From Thermoanaerobaculia bacterium (GTDB lineage Bacteria; Acidobacteriota; Thermoanaerobaculia; UBA5066; Gp7-AA6): a DNA stretch of 63,637 nt. The notes beneath the pieces are model-generated. The model was not told the DNA's origin and did no database searches. It worked only from the letters and a program-made list of their open reading frames with translations. Made by a program: the position numbers and the translations under genes. The stretch is from contig JBBSGZ010000004.1 in assembly GCA_038253555.1 (NCBI GenBank), positions 1-63,637 of the forward strand, given 5' to 3'. Shown here one piece after another: positions 56,144 to 63,637 of the stretch; the stretch's first letter is position 1, and each line of letters opens with the position of its first letter.

Positions 56144-57229
56144 CTAATGGAAGAACTTCTTGCGATTGCGGATGTAGTCCGTGAAGAGGAACTCCGCGAG
56201 ATTGTAGGGCGACGCGTAGTAGGCCCTGCCCCGGTTGATCTTGGTCAGCTTGTCGACAAAATCAACCAGGTAGCTGTCCGTGGCGATCATGAACGTCGTA
56301 ATCGTAATGCCGTCCCGGCGGCAGGAGTCCGCCTCCTCGAGCGTGCGGTTCACGATCTTGAGGTCCAGTCCGAACGGGTTTTTGTAAAGCCGTCCATGGT
56401 CCCAGATCGCCGAGGGCTTGCCGTCGGTGATCAGGAAGATCTGCTTGTTCGGGTTCTTCCGGTGGACGAGCAGCTTGCGAGCGAGCGCCAGTCCGGCGCG
56501 GGTGTTCGTGTGGTACGGGCCGACCATGGTCTTGGAGATTTCGGAGATCGCGACGCGCTTCGCGTCATCGCCGAACAGGATGACGTCGATCGAGTCCTTC
56601 GGGTATTTCGACTGGATCAGCTCGACCAGCGCCAGGGCGACTTTTTTCGCCGGAGTGAACCGATCTTCGCCGTACAGGATCATCGAATGGGAAATGTCGA
56701 TGGCGAGAACGGTCGCGCACGAGGTCAGGTGCTCCTCCTCGTGGACCTCGAAATCTTCGGGCTTCAGGGCGATCTCGTCGGCGTCGCGCCGCACGGCGTT
56801 TCCGATCGAGCGGACGCCGTCGATGGCGGTCGGGTTGTCGCCGAACTCGTATCCGCGCGTCTCCGGAAGGAGCTCGCCACCCCCGCCCGCCCGCGGGATG
56901 GCGTGATAGCCCGGGCCGGATTTCGAAAGAGACGTGAAGATCTCCTCGAGAGCCGAGCGCCGGATCCGTCTCTCACCCGCCGCCGACAGCGAGAGCTTGC
57001 CGCCCCTGTCTTCGACGATTTCGCTCTTCTCGAGCTCTTTCCGGAAGCCCTCGAGGTCGAGCCCCTCGTCGATCATCCCGCGGTCCTGGAGGTACTTCAT
57101 CCACTGGAGCGCCTCCTCGACGTCGCCCCCGGTCTGAAGGACGAGCTGCAGGAACAGCTTGACGAGCTCCTGGTAGGTCAGGAGCCCGCGGAGGAGGTCG
57201 ACGGGGTAGTCGGAATACCGATAGCGCAT
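56144..57229 (-). CDS. VWA domain-containing protein (CoxE-like)
   Basis: The ORF is 361 aa. The MIDAS motif is VLAIDISHSM. FLITDGKPSA is present, along with the N-terminal helical region typical of CoxE-type VWA partners of MoxR ATPases. Confidence 0.8.
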   Translation of the reverse strand: MRYRYSDYPVDLLRGLLTYQELVKLFLQLVLQTGGDVEEALQWMKYLQDRGMIDEGLDLEGFRKELEKSEIVEDRGGKLSLSAAGERRIRRSALEEIFTSLSKSGPGYHAIPRAGGGGELLPETRGYEFGDNPTAIDGVRSIGNAVRRDADEIALKPEDFEVHEEEHLTSCATVLAIDISHSMILYGEDRFTPAKKVALALVELIQSKYPKDSIDVILFGDDAKRVAISEISKTMVGPYHTNTRAGLALARKLLVHRKNPNKQIFLITDGKPSAIWDHGRLYKNPFGLDLKIVNRTLEEADSCRRDGITITTFMIATDSYLVDFVDKLTKINRGRAYYASPYNLAEFLFTDYIRNRKKFFH

Positions 57230-57265
57230 CGAGGTCGATTCTAGTTCACCGTTACCGGTGCATCG

Positions 57266-57592
57266 TCAGCGACAGACTCTGGGTCGTCCTTCTATCTGTC
57301 GCTCCCATCCGGGCAGAAGAGATCCCATGAAGCTCTTGAACAGCTTCCCGTGGTTTGGAATTCTGAGGTGAAGGAGCTCGTGCACGATCACCACTTCCCG
57401 GAACCGTGGGGGCTGCTCCATGAGGTCCGCGCTGAAGTAGACCCGTCCGGAGGGGGTGCAGGAGGCCCACTTGTTCTTCATTCCCTGAACGTAGACACGT
57501 TCGGGATGGAGTTGGAGCCGGGACGCCCACGAGGCGACTTCGTCGAGAAGGCGTTGGCTCGATCGCGACCGGCTGTGACGCCGCTTCTTCAT
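57266..57592 (-). CDS. short DUF45/M48-family (YgjP-like) zinc metallopeptidase
   Basis: The ORF is 108 aa with KWASCTPSGRVYFSADL and the HExxH motif (VIVHELLHL). The ATG overlaps the stop of the hsdR C-terminal frame (ATGA). Confidence 0.75.
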   Translation of the reverse strand: MKKRRHSRSRSSQRLLDEVASWASRLQLHPERVYVQGMKNKWASCTPSGRVYFSADLMEQPPRFREVVIVHELLHLRIPNHGKLFKSFMGSLLPGWERQIEGRPRVCR

Positions 57593-60521
57593 ACCCGGCC
57601 GAGAGTGATGATTCTTTCCGCCAGGCCGACCATGCGCTCCTTGCCGGCTGCTGGCAGCAGGACCTTGTAGATCTTTGCCTTCAGGGCCCTCCTCTCCTGC
57701 ACATTGGCGGCGTAGTTCGGAAACTGGCCGAACAGCCCGTCTAGCTCGACGGCGAGCGGCCGGGACTCGGGAATTCCTTCCTGCTGGAGGATCCAGGAGA
57801 TCGCGAACGCGTTCCGGTCCAGCCCAGACTGCTTCTGTTGCCGGCGCGCCTCGAGGAGATCCGCGAGGACTTTTTCGAGATCCCCCAGCGCCTCCTGGGT
57901 CGTCAGCTGACGGTCTTCGAAGGCTTCGAGGATCTTCTCCGCGCGTTCTCCTATCGGAAAGAGGAACCGGAGTCGTCGCCGTCGAACACGTCGGTTGAGA
58001 TGGCGCGTCCCAGGTTGATGATTCGACCGGGATCCGGAGGGTCCTTTCGGAGCGCCTCGAGGGTCGCTTCGTCGAGGGAAACTACGGGAAGGGTCGCGCC
58101 GACTCCCGTCGTCGAAGCGAGCTCCCGCACCAGGTGTTCCGTCTTCGCTGCGATGTCGTAGAGCGGCGTTAGATGTCTCTTGAACGCGTTCTGAACGATC
58201 TGCAGGAGCTGACCGAGGCGCGCGTAGTCCTCGATGTAGGGACGCAGGAAAGGGTCCGGCGACAGGATCTCGTAGAGCCTCTCGAGCTCGTGAAACAGGT
58301 CGACGAACTTCTTTCTCCCCTCCGGATCGACGAAGAAGTCGATCGCGCGTTCGACCGCCTTGTCGTCGACGGGTCCGGAGCCCAGCTCGAGATACGGTTT
58401 CACCTTCGCCTTCATGAGGCTGGCGAACCGGGCCCGAAGCACGTCGAGGTTCTCGATGACACCGCTGACCTCGTCCGAGTCGAAGGCGAGCGCGCGCTCG
58501 AGCTTCTCGAAAATGCCGACGAAATCCACTACCAACCCCGCCGGCTTCGGAGGACGGCCCTCGGTCTCGTGCGGCCGGTTCACGCGGGCGATCGCCTGGA
58601 GGAGCGTGTGGTCTCGCATTGGCTTATCGAGGTACATGCAGTAGAGAATCTCCGCGTCGAAGCCCGTCAGGAGCTTCTCCGTGACGATGAGGATCTCCGG
58701 CCGCTCTCCGGGACGGAGGAACGCCTTGCGGACGGCCTTCTCGTCTTCCTCAGAGATCTGGTGCTTTCGAACGAGCCCCTCGTCGTTGTGCGCCGGCGTA
58801 TAGACGACCCGGGACAGGTCCGGCGGGAGTCGACGATCGAGGGCTTCCTTGTAGAGGGCGCACGCTTCGCGATCGACGCCGACGAGGAAAGCCTTGTAGC
58901 CGAGCGGCCGCACGTTCTCCTGGAAGTGCCTGGCGACGAAGTCGGCGACCGCTTCGATCCGCCTGCCGGCCTTCAGGAACGTCTTGAGACTGACGGCTCG
59001 GTCGAGGATGCGATTCAGGTCCTCGATGTCCGTCACGCCCTCGGCTTCGGCCAGGGCGAGAAACTCGCGCTCGAGCTGCTCCCGGGGCACGAGGATCTCG
59101 TTGGGCGCCAGCGTGTAGTGGAGCCGCAGCGTCGTGCCATCCTCGATCGATTCCCGAATCGAGTACTTGTCGAGGTACCCCTTCGGATCATCGGTGCCGA
59201 AGGTCTTGAACGTCCCCTGCCCGTACGCCGTCCGATCGATCGGCGTGCCCGTAAATCCAATCAGGGTCGCCTTGGGAATGGCGGCGACGAGGTAGTTGCC
59301 GAGATCGCCTCCCGTCGTCCGGTGGGCCTCGTCCACGAGGACGAAGACGTTGTCCCTCTCCGAGAGATCCGCGTCCGCGCGATCGAATTTGTGGATCATC
59401 GTGACGATCAGGCCGCGGTATTCCGAGCGCAGAAGCTCGCGAAGGTGCTCCTTGCTCTCGGCGACCACCGCGCCGAGGCCGTAGGCCGTGAGGTTCGCGA
59501 AGAGCTGGCTCTCGAGCTCGTTGCGGTCCACGAGCATGATCACCGTGGGACTCCTGAAGGATCTGTCCTCCAGGATCTGCTCGGCCACCGCGATCATCGT
59601 CAATGTCTTTCCGGACCCCTGCGTGTGCCAGACGAGTCCCCGGCGCTTCTCGGGGTCGAGGGCTCTCTCGAGGACCCGCTCGACGGCCCGGACCTGATGC
59701 TGACGGAGGATCACCTTCCTGAGCTCGTCGTCCCGGGTGAAGAAGACGATCCAGCGGCGAAGGAGCTTCAGGAATCGCTCTCGACCGAAGAACCGCTTGA
59801 CCTTCTTCTCGAAGTTGCCCGGTTCCTCGTCCTTCCAGTCGAAGAGCGCCTTGCGGTCCAGGCTCCACGTGGGCGCATAGAAAAAGCGGATGAGATGCGT
59901 GATGTCGAAGACCTGGGGGAGCGCCATCAGCTCCGGCGTCTCCTCGTGGTACCGGCGGATCTGCTTGACCGCGGTCTCCATCCCATCGCTCCTGGCGGCC
60001 GACTTCGTCTCGACGACGGCGACGGGAATCCCGTTGATCAGGAATACAACGTCGGCCCGGTTCGCAAATCGACCGTTCGTGTACTCCCACTCGTCGGTCA
60101 CGTGAAAGACGTTGTTGGCGGCGTGCTCGAAGTCGAGGACGGCAACGTTCCGGTCGCGTTTCTCCGAGACGACGTGAACCGTGCGCTCGCCTCGAAGCCA
60201 TGCAAGGACCTCGGCGTTCCCTTCGATGTTGGTCCGAACGCTCTCGATCCGGTCGATCACGGAATCGACGTTTTCGGCGGTGATGATTCCGGGGTTGAGC
60301 TCGAAGAGCTTGGTCCGGAGTACCTCGCGGAACAGGAGGCCGGAAGGTCCCCGGCGGAGTGTTAGAGAGTCCTCGGGAGAGACATAGGTCCAACCGACGT
60401 CGGCGGCATAACCGACCAGGGGATCCTGCACGCCGGCACGCTCGGAGGCGAGACTAGCCGTCAAAGTCCCCCCGCCGATTTTTCGCTTGACTGGGCGCCA
60501 GGGGAAGTCTCTTACGACCAT
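57589..60521 (-). pseudogene. hsdR: type I restriction enzyme R subunit, frameshifted before the C-terminal DUF3387-like domain (pseudogene or assembly indel)
   Basis: Track ORF 57951..60521 carries the helicase motifs (HTQGSGKTLTM, VLVDEAHRTTGG, TGFDAE). I translated 57960..57589 by hand in the adjacent frame. It gives FPIGERAEKILEAFEDRQLTTQEALGDLEKVLADLLEARRQQKQSGLDRNAFAISW..., a typical HsdR C-terminus. An alternative start is TTG 60464. Confidence 0.85.
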
Positions 60522-61776
60522 TTATGAGCATCTGCAGACACTCCGCAAGCAGCAACGAGAGGGAGGTCAGGAAGTGCTCCGCTGATTCCAGTCGGAGGGA
60601 CAGTGACCGCAGCGTGCCACCGATGTCGGTCTGGTCCGGTCTTGATGGGACCGGTACTAGGAACTCGCGCAGGATCTGCTGGCTAATGTTGGGTTGGGCG
60701 CCTCCGTGCCTGGCCTGGAGCAGCCGTTCACGGGCGAAGATAAGGTAGTGGCGAAGGAACTCGGAGTCGAAGGAATTGTCAACGGGCGCAATCGCGCAAA
60801 CGGCCTGGTTAGTCGAGGCCGGAATTCCAAGAATCCCAGTCATTCCAGTGGTCGCTCCGTACATGGCAACGACGAGCGTGCCGGCCGGCAAGAGGTGAGC
60901 GCTGGAGCTCCGGAGCCCCTCAGGTGACAATGTTTCGGCTGAACTTTTCAGGGTTCCGTCGAGAAGCTCTCCGGACTTGAGCCAGGGGATTCCGCCGCCG
61001 TAATAGGCGGCAACCTGCCGACTTGGTGTCCCACCCGACGCCGTCCTCGCGAACCCTGGAGATCCGAGACGCGTAACGTCCCAGCTCTCCGGCATCTCCC
61101 CGATCTCGGTCTGCTTCAGCGGCTCGCCGCGGAGACCCTCGCGGAAGAGCTTGGCCATCGTGGCGGCCTTGAGCTCCCTGAGCGAGGCGACGATGCGATC
61201 CTGCACCTCGACGCGGCCCTGAAGCTTCGAGAGGACGCCGGCGATCGCGTGCTGCTCGATGATGGGGGGTTGAGGTATTTCAAGCGCTTTGAGACGGGAA
61301 GCCGAGAGATTGGGAATCGTCGTTCTATTCCCGACCCCGATATATGTGCCCAGATGAACGAAGGCGGCCTGGAGCCAATACATGACGTACTCAGGATCGA
61401 CCATTGCGTTCTTCGGGCGGAGCCGATGAAGGTGGTTTTGAAAACCGTAACCGGGTTCGTTCGACGACCAGATCGCCGCTCTACCGATGTCGCCGCCCTC
61501 GCAAACGAGGAGGTCGCCCCTTTTGAGAGAGAGGCGGTCAGCTTCGTCTCCGCTAAAATGCATGCGGTCGACAGTGCGGAGGTCGACTCGTCCCCAGAAG
61601 ACGTTTGCCGTTCGGAGGAACGGGCGCATCGCCGGGCCCGCTCTCGCTGTGGGGGAAAGCGCCTTTCCTTGTTGGACATCGAAGAGATCACCAATTGGGG
61701 TCACGGACCAGCTCTCCGGAATCTCCCCGATCGGCGTCTGCCGGGCGCGTTCGGTCGCGAGGATCGCGCTGGTCAT
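60454..61776 (-). CDS. hsdS: type I restriction-modification specificity subunit
   Basis: The ORF is 440 aa with two target-recognition halves, each opening with GE(I/M)PESW.V. The conserved central and C-terminal helices are present. Its start overlaps the ORF6N stop (ATGA). Confidence 0.85.
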   Translation of the reverse strand: MTSAILATERARQTPIGEIPESWSVTPIGDLFDVQQGKALSPTARAGPAMRPFLRTANVFWGRVDLRTVDRMHFSGDEADRLSLKRGDLLVCEGGDIGRAAIWSSNEPGYGFQNHLHRLRPKNAMVDPEYVMYWLQAAFVHLGTYIGVGNRTTIPNLSASRLKALEIPQPPIIEQHAIAGVLSKLQGRVEVQDRIVASLRELKAATMAKLFREGLRGEPLKQTEIGEMPESWDVTRLGSPGFARTASGGTPSRQVAAYYGGGIPWLKSGELLDGTLKSSAETLSPEGLRSSSAHLLPAGTLVVAMYGATTGMTGILGIPASTNQAVCAIAPVDNSFDSEFLRHYLIFARERLLQARHGGAQPNISQQILREFLVPVPSRPDQTDIGGTLRSLSLRLESAEHFLTSLSLLLAECLQMLINGRKRLPLAPSQAKNRRGDFDG

Positions 61777-62285
61777 GCACCGAACCCAATTCGCCGGCGA
61801 CCCCGATCCGGCGGCGGCTGCATCAGCCGACGGATGGCGTCGAAGACTTTCCCGAACTTCGCGTCGTAATTCGCCTCGAGCGCGTCCACGCGGCGGGCGA
61901 GGTCGGCGTGCGAGATCGCCATCTGCCGCAGGCGAACGAACGCACGCATGATCTCGATGTTTACCTGGACGGCGCGCGCGCTGCGCAGAACCGATGAGAG
62001 CATGGCCACGCCCTGCTCGGTGAAGGCGAGCGGGCTGTACCGGCGCCCACCCCGGCCCGTCTTTGAGGTCACGCTTTGTGACCTCAAAGATTCGACCTCT
62101 CCCGGGTTGAGGCGGAACATGAAATCCGGCGGAAATCGGCTCACGTTCCGCCGCACGGCCTGGTTGAGGACCTTCGTGGGCACGCCGTAGAGCGCGGCCA
62201 GATCGCTGTCCAGCATGACGTTGTGGTCTCGCAGCTGAAGGATGCGGATGCCTGTCCGCTCGACCGGGGCAACGGCTCCGCTCAT
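61773..62285 (-). CDS. ORF6N (KilA-N-related) domain DNA-binding protein
   Basis: IRILQLRDHNVMLDSDLAALYGVPTKVLNQAVRRNVSRFPPDFMFRL is the ORF6N signature. The likely start is ATG 62285. The track ORF extends to 62381, which would overlap the hsdM end. Confidence 0.75.
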   Translation of the reverse strand: MSGAVAPVERTGIRILQLRDHNVMLDSDLAALYGVPTKVLNQAVRRNVSRFPPDFMFRLNPGEVESLRSQSVTSKTGRGGRRYSPLAFTEQGVAMLSSVLRSARAVQVNIEIMRAFVRLRQMAISHADLARRVDALEANYDAKFGKVFDAIRRLMQPPPDRGRRRIGFGA

Positions 62286-62343
62286 CGCAGCGGCTCCTTC
62301 GGTCCCGACCGCGGTTTGGAGCTGCGACGTTTGTTGGCGCCGC

Positions 62344-63637
62344 TCAAACTGCCCCTCCCCACCGGTAGCCCAAGCCTTCAAAGATCCCCTTCAGGTCGCC
62401 ATCGAGCCGCGTCGCTTCGTTTTCGAGTACGGCCAGCTCATCGAGAATGACCTGGATGTCGCGATGCTCCGCCTGGGAGGCGGCGGCGACGTAACGGGAC
62501 GGTGACAGGTTGAAGTCCGCGAGATCGGCGATCGGCACGGACTTGACGAATCCCTCTACGTCGACTCCCGCCTGCACCGCGTCCGCGATCTTCGCGACCC
62601 CGGCGTCCGGGATGAAGTTCTTGGGACGGCCCTTCTCGAAAACGCCGCTCGCGTTCACGAAGGCGATCCTCCCGGAGCGCTCCTTCGCCTTGCGGCGATT
62701 CAGGAGAAAGATCAGCCCGGCGGCGGTGGTGTTGTAGAAGAGATTGTCCGGCAGGAGGATCACCGCTTCGATCAAGTCCCGTTCGACGAACCAGCGCCGG
62801 ATCACTTTTTCCTTGTTGTCGCTGCCTCGGCTGGCGGCTCCGGTGTCCAGGACGACCGCGGCGCGGCCCGTATCCGCGAGCGATCCGACCACGGTCTGCA
62901 GCCATGCCCAGTCGGCGCTGGAAGGAGGCGCGAATCCGCCGCTCTTCGAGAAGCGATCCAGCGGGTCCTGCTCGTAGGTCGACAAGTCGAACGTCTTCTG
63001 ATTCCACATCGGGTTCGTCACCACGGCGTCGAACCGGCGTAGATGTCCCTCCTCGAGGAACTTCGGGTTCGTCATGGAGTTGCCGCGGACGATCTCCCCC
63101 TCCATGTCGTGCAGGACCATGTTCATGCGGGCGATGGCGAAGGACTCGCCGGTGAGCTCCTGGCCGTAGAGCTGGAGCGGGCGAGCGGGCGGACCCTCGC
63201 GACGGGCGAGCTCCAGCTCGCACTTGATGAGCAGGCCTCCGGAGCCGCAGCACGGATCGAAGATCTCCTCGCCCTGTCGGGGATGGATGAGTTTCGCCAT
63301 CAGCCAGCCGACTTCCTTCGGCGTGAAGAACTCGCCCGCGCTCTGCCCCTGGCCTTCCGCGAACTTGCGCAACAGGTACTCGTACGCGCGGCCCAGGAAG
63401 TCGGGCTCGACGTCGCGAAGCCCCAGGCGATACCGGGGATCCGAGAGAATGTTGACCAGTCCCTTGAGGGCATCATCGCTGATCTCTCGTTCGCCGTTTC
63501 GGGTCTCGTTGAAGTCGCGCACGTCGATCACGCCCTGCAGACCCGGGTTCGCGCGCGCGATGGCGCGCATCGTCATCGTCAGCTGCTCGCCGAGGGTTCG
63601 AGGCCGGCGGTCTTCGGTCCAGTCGAAACTCTCCCGA
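62344..63637 (-). CDS. hsdM: type I restriction-modification N6-adenine DNA methyltransferase subunit; 5' end outside the window
   Basis: The SAM motif is IFDPCCGSGGLLI. The catalytic tetrapeptide reads NPMW. The frame stays open and HsdM_N-like (FDWTEDRRPRTLGEQL) upstream of the track ATG at 63576, up to the window edge. Confidence 0.9.
   Translation of the reverse strand, partial: RESFDWTEDRRPRTLGEQLTMTMRAIARANPGLQGVIDVRDFNETRNGEREISDDALKGLVNILSDPRYRLGLRDVEPDFLGRAYEYLLRKFAEGQGQSAGEFFTPKEVGWLMAKLIHPRQGEEIFDPCCGSGGLLIKCELELARREGPPARPLQLYGQELTGESFAIARMNMVLHDMEGEIVRGNSMTNPKFLEEGHLRRFDAVVTNPMWNQKTFDLSTYEQDPLDRFSKSGGFAPPSSADWAWLQTVVGSLADTGRAAVVLDTGAASRGSDNKEKVIRRWFVERDLIEAVILLPDNLFYNTTAAGLIFLLNRRKAKERSGRIAFVNASGVFEKGRPKNFIPDAGVAKIADAVQAGVDVEGFVKSVPIADLADFNLSPSRYVAAASQAEHRDIQVILDELAVLENEATRLDGDLKGIFEGLGYRWGGAV

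Noticed and set aside
57266-57592. The DUF45 peptidase is only 108 aa, whereas many YgjP-like proteins are about 230 aa. I considered it a truncated pseudogene.
   Set aside because: The HExxH core and preceding conserved block are intact. The ATG is precisely coupled (ATGA) to the end of the hsdR C-terminal frame, and there is no upstream sequence left for a missing N-terminal half. It is more likely a genuine short form.
60454-60521. A 68-nt overlap between the hsdS 3' end and the hsdR ATG at 60521.
   Set aside because: It is probably a start-site choice problem rather than a real long overlap. In-frame TTG 60464 (giving MTASLASERAGVQDP...), preceded by a G-rich stretch, reduces the overlap to 11 nt.
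1-63637. A search for CRISPR arrays, rRNA, tRNA and transposase/integrase genes.
   Set aside because: The only tandem arrays are 6-12-nt microsatellites. I saw no 25-40-nt direct repeats with unique spacers, and no transposase- or integrase-like translation. All intergenic gaps are short. An exhaustive scan by eye is imperfect, so tRNAscan-SE, Infernal and a CRISPR finder should confirm this.

Overview
This is a 63.6-kb window from a high-GC diderm bacterium. Hand-counted 100-nt samples give about 73% G+C at the left end and about 59% in hsdS. The gene content (futalosine menaquinone pathway, split GlyQ/GlyS, PPDK, GH63-like glucosidase, many DUF genes) suggests an Acidobacteriota-like lineage, but that is inference only. 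The window is almost fully coding, and many neighbouring genes share ATGA or GTGA stop/start overlaps.

Gene order, left to right:
- Cytochrome oxidase biogenesis and subunit cluster: ctaA', ctaB, subunits IV and III, DUF420, and a small CxxC protein.
- A class A beta-lactamase-like hydrolase, DUF374, DUF3179, mqnE with a coupled zinc-ribbon ORF, and an MFS transporter.
- Housekeeping genes recO, glyQ, glyS, ppdK, an amidohydrolase and mutL.
- An ECF sigma / anti-sigma cluster, then pcnB and a five-gene LIV-type ABC transporter.
- A DUF1697-GNAT-membrane protein operon.
- A thiol/flavin redox cluster: flavodoxin-like Fe-S protein, two DUF547 genes, TVP38, and an FAD disulfide reductase.
- Citrate synthase and pckA.
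- A complete dedicated (class GN) sortase system: sortase, VIT-VWA target, response regulator and histidine kinase.
- glnA, a 949-aa Ser/Thr kinase, an outer-membrane barrel protein, queA, an MBL hydrolase and a large glucosidase.
- A cassette of VWA protein, PH-like membrane protein and stand-alone secretin-N0 protein.
- A more AT-rich Type I R-M island: hsdM', ORF6N, hsdS, hsdR, DUF45.

I found no rRNA, tRNA, CRISPR array or transposase.

Main points of interest:
- A dedicated sortase system in an apparently non-proteobacterial context.
- Three conserved genes (DUF547, the sortase target, hsdR) are each broken by a frameshift that looks like one missing base.
- Two copies of a 90-nt hairpin-containing dispersed repeat.
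- Two intergenic heptanucleotide microsatellites, one of which could form a G-quadruplex.

I did not find a clearly novel system. The candidates are scored modestly.
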